DNA of 32,000 nucleotides from an uncultured archaeon (GTDB lineage: Archaea; Asgardarchaeota; Thorarchaeia; Thorarchaeales; Thorarchaeaceae), in assembly GCA_964354495.1 (NCBI GenBank), contig CAYHAA010000003.1:1-32000 (forward strand), written 5' to 3'. The notes under the pieces were generated by a model. It had not been told where the DNA came from. It did no database searches and saw only the letters and a list, made by a program, of their open reading frames with translations. The position numbers and the translations under genes are program-made. This document shows positions 6,897 through 16,234 of the stretch, in pieces. The stretch's first letter is position 1. Each line of letters starts with the position of its first letter.

Positions 6897-8525
6897 TCAT
6901 TTCTCATCCTCGTCTTTCTTGAAGAGCGCTTTTGAGCTCCGTTTCATCTGAGCCAAATTCTCAGTGAATGCCTCGTCAGCCGCGCCTGAGGGAGCCGCTG
7001 CAGGATGGGCCTTTAGCATCTCCTCTTGTCGCTGAATCTCCATGTCTTCAGTATTCAAGGCATCATCAGCCTTCTGAAGCATAGCCTGAACGGACTTTGG
7101 AGCCGCCCCTGCTTTTCGTTTCATCGCAGACCTGAAGGATGCTATTCGTTCCCGACCCTTCTCACGTTGACCACTGAACGACTCCTCACCTGCCTTTTGG
7201 GTCACAAAAGTGGCTCCGACAGTTGGATCGAGGGTCGCCATGATTTCGGACTCTTTCTTTGAGACCTTAAGTCTAGTCGTGAGTGCGCGTACTCTTCGAG
7301 CGCCTTCTCCATCGGTGTATGTCACTTGGACTTGGATTGGAACTTCGGATTCTTTGATCTTCGTGTTGGGCTCTACCTCGAAGTAGAGCTCATGGTTTGC
7401 CCCCACCACCCCAATCTTGCTCTCACTCTTTTCCTTCAGAGTGTCGATCACCGCCCTTGATACACCCGAGACATCCTTGATCGAGATGCCAGGCGGAGTC
7501 ACAAGGCGTACCTCAACATCACGGCCCAACATCGAGGCACCAGCAAGTTCAGAGATACTTCGGTCAAGCTCGTTGGGAGTAACGTAGTACATCTGGCCTC
7601 CTGTGGCCTCGGGAAGGAGACCTAGTGTCTTTAGCTCCATGCCTGCGCCTGAGGCAATACCGACAACATCGACCGCGGCTCCAATATCGAGGAACATCTT
7701 TCCCAAATCTTGGTAGTACGTGTTTGCAGGAGTGACCTGATAGCCCTCGAGTGCACCAATTCCCTCATTTGCCAGACCATCAGTCAGGAGTACCACTCTT
7801 CCAACATTACGGTGTTTTGCAATAATGTACGCCATTGCAACTGCAGGACCAAGGGCAGTCCCGCCCTTGTCTCGAAGGGTCTGAATGTGCCCCTTCAACT
7901 TCTTGGCGTTCTCTCCAACGTTAACAAGTCGAATCTTATCGAGGAGACTCTTGGTTGACTCGATGATGGCATCAAGACTAGCAAAGGATGCCTGTGGTAG
8001 TTGTACAGACTCACCGGTCTCCAAGTTTCGAGCGACGATACTACTCTCGAACTCGATGAGACCAAACATCGTTTCCGGAGCGTTTGAGGCAAGACTGTCA
8101 ATGGATGTGTTCAGGCTGCGCTTGACCGCGGCAAGATTGGCGCCGCTCATAGAACCCGAAACGTCGATGAGTGCAAGGAAGGATTTTCCACCTGCAGACA
8201 CGACACCAGTGTCAGAGTCAGTCTTGATTCGTGGCGGTTCCACGACGAAGTCTGTGTCATCTCCCGCAACAACGATCTCGCCTTCAATGATGTTCAGAGT
8301 TCCACAGAATGGACAATAGAAATGCTTGCCAACCTTTGGATCCTCCTGAATCTGATCTACACTGAGTAGGAAACCGTTACACTTGTGACAGGCGATGGGT
8401 TTCCCCACTATCTTGGTCGTTTCATGGGCGAGGTGACTAAACTCTACACGTAGAACATAAGGAATGTCACTCAGAACATCTTTCGACGCTGGAAAGGACT
8501 CTGAGCTAGTTCGCAACATAGGCAT
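6897..8525 (-). CDS. Sec23/Sec24-like protein (zinc finger, vWA trunk, beta-sandwich, helical region)
   Basis: PIACHKC..FYCPFCGTLN zinc finger; vWA motifs FLALIDVSGSM, GGTALG and VVLLTDG; VPIQVQVTYTDGEGARRVRALTTRL resembles the Sec23/24 beta-sandwich. Confidence 0.78.
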   Translation of the reverse strand: MPMLRTSSESFPASKDVLSDIPYVLRVEFSHLAHETTKIVGKPIACHKCNGFLLSVDQIQEDPKVGKHFYCPFCGTLNIIEGEIVVAGDDTDFVVEPPRIKTDSDTGVVSAGGKSFLALIDVSGSMSGANLAAVKRSLNTSIDSLASNAPETMFGLIEFESSIVARNLETGESVQLPQASFASLDAIIESTKSLLDKIRLVNVGENAKKLKGHIQTLRDKGGTALGPAVAMAYIIAKHRNVGRVVLLTDGLANEGIGALEGYQVTPANTYYQDLGKMFLDIGAAVDVVGIASGAGMELKTLGLLPEATGGQMYYVTPNELDRSISELAGASMLGRDVEVRLVTPPGISIKDVSGVSRAVIDTLKEKSESKIGVVGANHELYFEVEPNTKIKESEVPIQVQVTYTDGEGARRVRALTTRLKVSKKESEIMATLDPTVGATFVTQKAGEESFSGQREKGRERIASFRSAMKRKAGAAPKSVQAMLQKADDALNTEDMEIQRQEEMLKAHPAAAPSGAADEAFTENLAQMKRSSKALFKKDEDEK

Positions 8526-8709
8526 GATATATTCGCCTCCAAAATTACTCAGCCATTCTTTGCACGAGGCGTTTTAAGTCAATCGACGACTCTCGCTCTA
8601 TCAAAGATGGGCTAACTCGGCATGTCCATGACCATCACACAAGATATATAGACTCCAGCACTCAAGACCGAGATAGTCATTCGAGACCTCCAAGGAGGAT
8701 AACACGTAG

Positions 8710-9081
8710 ATGGTGGATCAGGCTAAGATTGAACAGGTTGTTGCGGAAACCATGGCTAGTAATGCCGAACTTCAGGGCATAATCGTCTGTGATGCAAGGG
8801 GCAAGGTGCTCTTTGGACATACAATCACAGGGGGAATCAAGCACTCTGATGTTGCCGACCTTGCAGTGAAGATTGCATCCAACTCCTCTCAGCTGGCAGC
8901 TGGGCTCGATAAGGGTGGTCTCAGAGAAGTGAGTATAGCAGCTGACCATGGCCTTGTTATAATCCTAGGCGACGTGAAGCTTGTGATGGCCGCAGTAGCT
9001 GGAGAGGGCGCTCGAGAGTCTATGGGACTGCTTAAGATGGCTCTTCGGCGTTCATTACTCTCTATCCTAGGGAAGAAGTGA
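8710..9081 (+). CDS. Roadblock/LC7-like protein
   Basis: LQGIIVCDARGKVLF..LDKGGLREVSIAADHGLVII..MGLLKMALRR pattern; GGAGG at 8695-8699; TATA-like GATATATA near 8643-8650. Confidence 0.72.
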   Translation: MVDQAKIEQVVAETMASNAELQGIIVCDARGKVLFGHTITGGIKHSDVADLAVKIASNSSQLAAGLDKGGLREVSIAADHGLVIILGDVKLVMAAVAGEGARESMGLLKMALRRSLLSILGKK

Positions 9082-9248
9082 AACTTAGGCCACCAGAGTT
9101 ACACTTTTCTGTCCTTTGTTGAATTGAACACAGGACGTATAGACCAATATCTACATGTAGCTTAGGTATTACTCTGGTCATACCAACGGTATTCAGGACT
9201 GTGTAACATCCCAATAACACATAACCTGACACACCTGAATGACCGAAT

Positions 9249-12200
9249 TTGCCGGGAAGGTTGCGAGACTTGGTACACATCGAGAAGCTAGTATGCAAGG
9301 GCTTCAAATCATTTGGCCGAGACTCTGTCACCATCAAATTCAATCCTGGCTTCACGTGCATTGTTGGTCCAAACGGCTCGGGCAAGTCAAATGTCGTAGA
9401 CGCCATTCTCTTCGTTTTAGGACAACTCAGTGCCAAGACTCTGCGTGCAACAGTCTTCTCGGATTTGCTCTACTCGCCACCAAAGCCAAACATGCCACCG
9501 AAAGCAAAGTCTGCAACAGTTGAGCTGCATTTCGATAATACTGACAGAAAACTGCAGATTGATGCCGATAGGGTGGTCATTGAGAGAGAACTGGATGATA
9601 CAGGCAAGTCTGTCTGTCGTATAAACAACAAGACTGTAACCAGAGGTGCTGTCATCGATGTGCTTGGTGCTGTTGGGGTGGATCCAAACGGGTACAACCT
9701 TGTGCTTCAGGGCGAGATCGCTCAGATGGTGAAGGTAAGCCCCGCCGAGCGACGAAAGATGATTGAGGAGATTGCGGGCATCTCCGCATATGATGAACAA
9801 AAGGAGCGAGCTCTCAAGAAACTGGCAGAGAGCGAGAGTAATCTGGGAAAGGTTGATGCTCAATTACAGGAACGTCGGCGCCAACTTGAGAAACTGCAAG
9901 AAGAACGGTCGGATGCCCTCCGCCACAAAGGAATGAATGCCCAGATACAGAAGCACAGAATCGACATACTTGCCTGGAGCATAATCAAGGGCAGACTCAG
10001 AATAGATGCCATTAAGGAGACTCTCACTGAGAGAGCAGAGGAGGCAAGCAATCTTGCAAAGGAACTTGTCGAAGTTGAAACGGGAATCACTGCGACGGAC
10101 ATAGAGATTGATACTATCGACCATGACATAGACCAGATAACGGGAGGAGACTCTGCTAAGATATCAGAGCAATATGGTATAGTTTCTGCTGCAGTGAGCC
10201 ATGTTCGCTCCAATCTTGAGCGTGCACAGGCAGAGCATGATAGAGCCAGTAGTGAAAAGACCGGGTTACTCAAGGAGTTAGGGTCTGTCCAGAGTGAGAT
10301 GAGCAATAATGAACGCCTCATGAAAGGAAAGATAGAGCAGTTTGACAAGCTCGAGAAGGAGATATCGAGCACAGCAGCTCAAGTCATACGTCTTGAGGAG
10401 ATGTCGGAGAAGGAACAGGCTGCCTATTACGAAACAACTCTCCGCTTGCAGGATCTGAGTACCCAGCTTCGAGCCCTAGACGAGGGAGTTTCGGAGATAC
10501 GCTCATCAATAAAATCTGATAATAGGGAACTTGGACTTGCCTATGAAGAGTCTAGAGACTCCACTGATGGTCTTGAGAAGGCAGAACAGGACCTGAAGGA
10601 GCTGAAACAAGTCATTCCTGAAAGACGGCAAGTGCTAGAGAAAGACGAAGCGCTGGAAGAGTCCAAGAAGAAGAAGTATGAGGAGGTCACTGGCCACCTT
10701 ACAACCGTTGATGCGGAGGTGGATGAGAGTGCACATATCGTGGCGTCGACAAGAGAAGAACTGATTAGAGTTCAGGCTCGCCAAGATGCTCTCAAGGAGG
10801 CAGAGGACGCGTTCTTGAAGAAGCAACGCGCAATTGCCAAGGTGTTGAAGCTAAGGGATAGTGGGGAGATTGGTGGAATCCATGGTACTGTCGCTGAGCT
10901 AGGTACAATAGACCCGGACTATGCGGTCGCGATGGAGATAGCAGGAGGCAGCAGACTATCGTATATTATCGTCGAGAACGATGATACAGCAACAGCATGT
11001 GTAGAGATCTTGAAACGTGATAGAGTGGGGCGAGCGTCGTTCATTCCACTTGATAAGATTAAGACCCAGCCACCAAAGAAGCTACCAACTGATAATGGAG
11101 TCATAGATTTCGCACTGAACCTGGTCAAATTTGAACCAAGGATGCGACCAGCCTTTGAATTCGTGTTCTCTGACACCATAGTGACAAAGGGATTCGACAC
11201 TGCTAAGCGCCTTGGTTTCCGAGGTCAGCGCGCAGTATCGCTCGAAGGAGACCTCATAGAGCGGTCAGGCCTAATGACTGGAGGACACTACCAGAGAGGT
11301 GGAGGAGGTCTCTCGCTTCAGGTAGAAGACACTAGCCCAGAGATAGCGAAACGGCTTCAGGGACTTGAAGATATTCTCACAGATTTGAGGAGTAAGCAGA
11401 GCGTCCTACGAGATGAGAAGAGAACTCTGGAGAGAGAACTCCAAGAACTATCTAAGTCGAACTACCGCGCAAGGCTGGAACTGGAAAAGCTCGAAGACCG
11501 GATGGATGAACAAGAGAATAGGTCAAAGACACTACAGGAGAGAATCAAGAAAGCCAGTCTGACGATAGAAGAGCTTGAAACCCAAATCAAAAGCCTTCAG
11601 GTACGTGATGAGGAACTCACGGTTCAACGCGAGAGAGTCATGGCGCAGCGTGATCAGTGCAACGAAGACCTCACAAAATCCGATTCTGCGAAGCTCTACC
11701 AAGACACTAGGGATCTGAAGCAAGTCCAAGAACAATATCAGAAACAGCGAGAGAAACTTCAGAGCGAGATCACATCTTTGAGAGTCGCTCTCGATGAGCG
11801 GCTTGGCCCGAAGGCAATTGAGATAGAGTCGAAGATTCAGGCACATGACTCAATACTTCCAGGTCTCGAAGAAGAGGTCAAGAGGCATGAACTAGGACTG
11901 GAAGAGAGAGAGAACGAATTCCTCAAGCTGAAGGAGAAACGGGAACAAATCGATGAGGCAGTGAAGGACAAGAGGGTACATCAGCTTGAACTGAAAGAAA
12001 CTGTGAGGAATTACAGACTACGTCACGAGGAGATTCGAGAGGCTCAGACCTCAAATGAGAAGGCAGTCTACAGGTTGCAGACGGAACAGAATCGTCTAGA
12101 GACCGATATTGTTGGATTTGCTGCAGACTTGGAAACCCACACCGCAGTTGATGAGGCACTCGAAGAGAGAAAGGATGCAAGGGAACCTACCTATCGGGAG

Positions 12201-12860
12201 TTGGAAGAACGCGATGAGAAGATCAAAGAGATAGAGAGAGAGCTCGAGGCGATGGGACCTGTCAACCTGAAATCACTCACAGACTATGATCTTGAACGGG
12301 AGAAATATGATGAGATTGTAGACAAGAAGACCAAATTGGAGGAAGAGCGAAAGGAGATTCTTGCGTTCATGGAGGAACTGGAAGCAGAAAAGACTCAGAA
12401 ATTCCTCACGGTCTACAATGATATTGCAGACAACTTTGCAAAGGTCTTCGCGAAACTCTCTCCAGGTGGTGAAGGCAATCTCATGCTTGAGAACCCCGAA
12501 TATCCACTGATGGGCGGTATCACTGTAAGGTCAAAACCGCTTGGCAAGGACCTTGTGACACTTGATGCAATGAGCGGTGGTGAGAAGACTCTCACTGGCC
12601 TCGCCCTGATCTTTGCAATTCAGATGTACAATCCTTCGACCTTCTATGTGTTCGATGAGATTGATGCAGCACTGGACAATGTGAATGCTCACAATGTCGC
12701 GCAGCTTATTTCGGAGATGTCAAAATCATCACAGTTCATTGTAGTATCCCTCAGGGACACGACCGTTCGAAAGGCGGATCTTCTTGTTGGTGTAGCCAAC
12801 CAAGATGGAATTTCGAGGATAGTATCTGTTGATCTGGAGGAGGTCGGAGCTGAAACATGA
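9249..12860 (+). CDS. smc: Chromosome segregation protein SMC (start may be TTG 9270)
   Basis: KGFKSF, Walker A GPNGSGKSN, long coiled coils, hinge (GIHGTVAEL..GRASFIPLD..SLEGD), signature MSGGEK, Walker B/D-loop FDEIDAALD. Confidence 0.98.
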   Translation: MPGRLRDLVHIEKLVCKGFKSFGRDSVTIKFNPGFTCIVGPNGSGKSNVVDAILFVLGQLSAKTLRATVFSDLLYSPPKPNMPPKAKSATVELHFDNTDRKLQIDADRVVIERELDDTGKSVCRINNKTVTRGAVIDVLGAVGVDPNGYNLVLQGEIAQMVKVSPAERRKMIEEIAGISAYDEQKERALKKLAESESNLGKVDAQLQERRRQLEKLQEERSDALRHKGMNAQIQKHRIDILAWSIIKGRLRIDAIKETLTERAEEASNLAKELVEVETGITATDIEIDTIDHDIDQITGGDSAKISEQYGIVSAAVSHVRSNLERAQAEHDRASSEKTGLLKELGSVQSEMSNNERLMKGKIEQFDKLEKEISSTAAQVIRLEEMSEKEQAAYYETTLRLQDLSTQLRALDEGVSEIRSSIKSDNRELGLAYEESRDSTDGLEKAEQDLKELKQVIPERRQVLEKDEALEESKKKKYEEVTGHLTTVDAEVDESAHIVASTREELIRVQARQDALKEAEDAFLKKQRAIAKVLKLRDSGEIGGIHGTVAELGTIDPDYAVAMEIAGGSRLSYIIVENDDTATACVEILKRDRVGRASFIPLDKIKTQPPKKLPTDNGVIDFALNLVKFEPRMRPAFEFVFSDTIVTKGFDTAKRLGFRGQRAVSLEGDLIERSGLMTGGHYQRGGGGLSLQVEDTSPEIAKRLQGLEDILTDLRSKQSVLRDEKRTLERELQELSKSNYRARLELEKLEDRMDEQENRSKTLQERIKKASLTIEELETQIKSLQVRDEELTVQRERVMAQRDQCNEDLTKSDSAKLYQDTRDLKQVQEQYQKQREKLQSEITSLRVALDERLGPKAIEIESKIQAHDSILPGLEEEVKRHELGLEERENEFLKLKEKREQIDEAVKDKRVHQLELKETVRNYRLRHEEIREAQTSNEKAVYRLQTEQNRLETDIVGFAADLETHTAVDEALEERKDAREPTYRELEERDEKIKEIERELEAMGPVNLKSLTDYDLEREKYDEIVDKKTKLEEERKEILAFMEELEAEKTQKFLTVYNDIADNFAKVFAKLSPGGEGNLMLENPEYPLMGGITVRSKPLGKDLVTLDAMSGGEKTLTGLALIFAIQMYNPSTFYVFDEIDAALDNVNAHNVAQLISEMSKSSQFIVVSLRDTTVRKADLLVGVANQDGISRIVSVDLEEVGAET

Positions 12861-13567
12861 TGGATGATGATGCTCCATTCTGGGCAACACCCCCCTACAT
12901 CCTCCTCACAGATGTCCTTCAACTGGACAAGGTAGAACCATGGAATGTCGATGTAGGAAAACTGGTTGTTGGATTCCTCACCGAGATGAAACGATTAGGT
13001 GATATTGATTTTCGCATTTCAGGAAATGCGCTCTACTCAGCATCCGTCATCTTCATGCGAAAAACACGAGAGCTTGTGCAGCTTGGTGTTCTTCCGCCTA
13101 GCGAAGATGGTGATAATGGAGAGCTTGAGATTCCACTCATCAGGCCGCCCTTCAGACTCACTAATAGACGTGTCACGCTCGAAGAACTGCTCGTTGCCAT
13201 GGATCTTGTCCTGAGCAAGGGAACAAGAGAACGGCTCGCCCCCACGAGACAGAAATATCGGGGTAAGGCAGACCCGTTGACCTTCTCAATGGATTCAGAC
13301 CAAGCAAACATTGAGGAAACTATTGCGGAAGTCTACGAGGACCTCCAGAGAATCGTGAAGATAGGCGAAATCGTCAAGTTCACCGATACACTCATGAATC
13401 ACACTCGCAAAGAGATTGTTCGAGTGTTCTTTTCTCTATTGTTTCTGTATGCCAGAAGTTTCATTGATATCTGGATGGAAGAGGATAACACAATCATGTT
13501 GAAGATACGCGAACCTCCCCAAATCAAAGAGGAGGAGGAAGCGGAAAAGCCCGAGATAAGACGGTAA
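12857..13567 (+). CDS. scpA: Segregation and condensation protein A (kleisin)
   Basis: EPWNVDVGKL, SGNALYSAS..MRKT, RRVTLEELL, C-terminal VRVFFSLLFL; ATGA overlap with smc. Confidence 0.92.
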   Translation: MMDDDAPFWATPPYILLTDVLQLDKVEPWNVDVGKLVVGFLTEMKRLGDIDFRISGNALYSASVIFMRKTRELVQLGVLPPSEDGDNGELEIPLIRPPFRLTNRRVTLEELLVAMDLVLSKGTRERLAPTRQKYRGKADPLTFSMDSDQANIEETIAEVYEDLQRIVKIGEIVKFTDTLMNHTRKEIVRVFFSLLFLYARSFIDIWMEEDNTIMLKIREPPQIKEEEEAEKPEIRR

Positions 13568-13577
13568 GGCGACGAAC

Positions 13578-14132
13578 GTGGACGAAGACATGATTACACT
13601 TGAGGCAGCGCTCTATGTCAGTGGCAGGGCACTGACACTTGAGGAGTTGTCCGATCTCATCGGTAAGTCACAATCGACAACACAGAAGATACTAGATAAT
13701 CTTGGATTCGAGTATAACCAGAGAGAGGGAGCGCTTGAGGTGGTGGCTCTTCCTCGAGATCGCTATGCAATGCAGCTGAAGCCGGAACTGACTCCTAGGG
13801 TAGGCAAGCTGATACCCGGGGGACTTCTCTCATTCGCAACACTGCAGACACTTGTCTTCATAGCCCTAAAACAGCCTATAATGCAGTCAGATCTTGTGAC
13901 ACAGAGAGGAACCCATTGTTATGACCATGTGAAAGAGCTGATTGAGAAGAAATTCATCGAGTCCGCACCTGAGGGGAGATCCAGACTCTTGACAACAACT
14001 CCTCTCTTCGCCGACTACTTTGGTCTGGACAGCGATAGAGTAAAGCTGAAGGCACAACTGAAATTCAAGATGAAGAAGATTTTTGAAGACCAAGGACAGG
14101 CGGGAGTATCAGAGGCTCAGGATGTCCTCTAG
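13578..14132 (+). CDS. scpB: Segregation and condensation protein B
   Basis: LEAALYVSG, TLVFIALKQPI, HVKELIEKKFI, TTPLFADYFGL; follows scpA. Confidence 0.95.
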   Translation: MDEDMITLEAALYVSGRALTLEELSDLIGKSQSTTQKILDNLGFEYNQREGALEVVALPRDRYAMQLKPELTPRVGKLIPGGLLSFATLQTLVFIALKQPIMQSDLVTQRGTHCYDHVKELIEKKFIESAPEGRSRLLTTTPLFADYFGLDSDRVKLKAQLKFKMKKIFEDQGQAGVSEAQDVL

Positions 14133-15142
14133 CAGACGCGAGGTACCGGCTCACCATATGGTACTTGAATCACCTTTCTTCCACCAATTGCAGTCTTCAA
14201 TAGAACTCTTGGAGGGCCCTTCCTTATTGTTCCAACGACCCGCGCATCCTTTGTGGTGGCATGCTTTTGAAGAACGGATATGATATCGTCAGTCCTGCTG
14301 GAGTCCACCGCCATCACAGCTCTTCCCTCACTACTCATATGTAGAGGGTTCAGACCAAGAACATCACAGAGGGACTGAACAGCTGGGCGTACGGGAATCT
14401 CGGCTTCTTTTAGCTCCATCTCCAATTTGGATTTGGAGGCAATCTCGTTCAATGCAACTGCAGTACCGCCCCTTGTTGGGTCTTTCATAGCATGAACACC
14501 GCCGACATCTAGACAGCCGCGGATTGGTTCCCAGAGAGGAGCCACATCACTAGTCAAGCTCGTTTCGAATTCCAGGCCCTCTCGATGTGCTAGAAGGACA
14601 GTCCCATGGTCTCCTATTGGTCCAGTGATTATGATGTCATCATTCGGTTGAGCACCACTATCAGACACGGGATGGTCAAGATAGACCTCGCCTATACCCG
14701 TCGTTGATATCACCAGTCCATCAAGTGTTCCTGGCGGCATGACTTTTGTATCACCAGCAATCATCGCAATACCGAGGGGCTCAATGATTGCGTTCAATGA
14801 CTTTAGAATGGCCTGAAGAGTTTCAATCTCCATACCCTCTTCAATGATTACCGTGTTTGTCATTGCCACAGGCCGTGCACCCATCACAGCAAGGTCGTTG
14901 ACAGTCCCACAGGCACTCAATGTACCCAGATTGCCGCCCGGGAAGAAGATAGGATGCACAGTATGTGCATCAGTGGTCACTATCAGATTGTGGCTCTGTA
15001 CTTGGAGAGTTGCTCCATCATCCATTTCATCAAGACCGATTGAACCTATCTTTCTCAGGCCAAACGATGGAATGACAATCTCTTCAAGCAATCGTTGCAT
15101 AATCCTTCCGCCAGCTCCATGAGCGGACTCAATCTTGGCCAT
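14129..15142 (-). CDS. hypE: Hydrogenase maturation protein HypE
   Basis: AHGAGG, TTDAHTVHPIFFPGGNLG, CGTVNDLAVMGA, MKDPTRGG, C-terminal PRVC ending in the reactive Cys. Confidence 0.97.
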   Translation of the reverse strand: MAKIESAHGAGGRIMQRLLEEIVIPSFGLRKIGSIGLDEMDDGATLQVQSHNLIVTTDAHTVHPIFFPGGNLGTLSACGTVNDLAVMGARPVAMTNTVIIEEGMEIETLQAILKSLNAIIEPLGIAMIAGDTKVMPPGTLDGLVISTTGIGEVYLDHPVSDSGAQPNDDIIITGPIGDHGTVLLAHREGLEFETSLTSDVAPLWEPIRGCLDVGGVHAMKDPTRGGTAVALNEIASKSKLEMELKEAEIPVRPAVQSLCDVLGLNPLHMSSEGRAVMAVDSSRTDDIISVLQKHATTKDARVVGTIRKGPPRVLLKTAIGGRKVIQVPYGEPVPRVC

Positions 15143-15246
15143 GTATTATCCTCCGATAGTAGTGTGTTTCAGGACTCGTTTCCGATGTATTTGAAGGGGA
15201 CTATCCGGACGTTGCGGAGAGTCAAGGAGTTCGCCACTAAGTAAGA

Positions 15247-15253
15247 TTTAAAA
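15247..15253 (+). promoter_or_regulatory. Probable TATA box of rps8e
   Basis: TTTAAAA about 47 nt upstream of the ATG at 15300. Confidence 0.5.
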
Positions 15254-15299
15254 CCACTCCACAGCGTGCGTCACTGAACAAATAAAGAGGTAGTCCGAA

Positions 15300-15677
15300 A
15301 TGGCCATCTGGCACTCAAGGTCCAATCGTACAAACACCGGAGCACGAATAAAGCGATTCAGAAGCAAAAGGAAGTATGAGATGGGCCGCACTCCTACTGA
15401 GACCCTCATGGGTGACGTCATGAGGAAAACGATAGATAGCAAGGGCAAGTCGAAGAAGCGACCAGCCTTTAGAGTGAAATATGTCAACGTGACTGATCCA
15501 AACAAGGCCGTCACTTTTCGTGCCGAAATCCAAGATGTTGAGATGAACCCCGCTAATATGGACTACCAGCGCAGAAAGGTCATCACGAGAGGCACAATCA
15601 TCAAGACGACCAAGGGTCGAGCCAAGGTGACAAGCCGTCCTGGTCAAGACGGTATACTCAATGCAATTCTGATCTAA
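15300..15677 (+). CDS. rps8e: 30S ribosomal protein S8e
   Basis: RKYEMGRTPTET, NPANMDYQRRKVITRGTII, AKVTSRPGQDGILNAILI. Confidence 0.97.
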   Translation: MAIWHSRSNRTNTGARIKRFRSKRKYEMGRTPTETLMGDVMRKTIDSKGKSKKRPAFRVKYVNVTDPNKAVTFRAEIQDVEMNPANMDYQRRKVITRGTIIKTTKGRAKVTSRPGQDGILNAILI

Positions 15678-15709
15678 TCGGACCAAAGTTGGTCTAGACC
15701 AATTTCACT

Positions 15710-16102
15710 TCATGCAGACGACTCTGCAATCTCAGCCTCAATGTTAGTGATGATGAAGTCTTTTCCCCCAGTTATCCGGGTGGAACTGCTCCCGCATTTT
15801 GAACACTTCATCGGAGCAAAGACAGCTAGTTGGGGTGGGAGGTCTCGGTCAACCTCAGAGTTCCCTTCAAAACCACAGTCATTGCACACTAATCGGCCCT
15901 TTATGTCTTTGATTCTGAGGTCAGCTCCCTCTAGAATAGTGTTCTTGCTTGCAATCTCGAAATTGAATGCCAATTGCTCAGGAATGAGAAATGTGAACTG
16001 GCCCAATTCAATATTGATGACAGTGACCTTGGTAGCATTGTTGTTTCTTGCAGCCTCAAGAGCAGTATCGACTATTGAACATGCAGCAGAGAACTCGTGC
16101 AA
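15710..16102 (-). CDS. hypA: Hydrogenase nickel metallochaperone HypA
   Basis: N-terminal MHE (TTG start), two CxxC motifs (CNDC, CSKC), GGKDFII. Confidence 0.95.
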   Translation of the reverse strand: MHEFSAACSIVDTALEAARNNNATKVTVINIELGQFTFLIPEQLAFNFEIASKNTILEGADLRIKDIKGRLVCNDCGFEGNSEVDRDLPPQLAVFAPMKCSKCGSSSTRITGGKDFIITNIEAEIAESSA

Positions 16103-16234
16103 TATCTCACACCTTGATGACTAGCTTCTGCCTTCAGTTAAGGCGTTTCTGTTGTGGTTATAGACTCCCCGACACTTTATATGAGTCAGTGCTGGAAGCA
16201 ATAACTGTCTTTTGGAAATAGAGGAGAAAACGTC

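Noticed and set aside
8710-9081. Asgard profilin
   Set aside because: The pattern (IIVCDARG, L.KG.L..V.I, terminal MGLLKMALRR) fits Roadblock/MglB better; a profile search is needed to exclude profilin fully.
9082-9248. parS-like SMC loading site upstream of smc
   Set aside because: No match to the bacterial parS palindrome and no other convincing palindrome.
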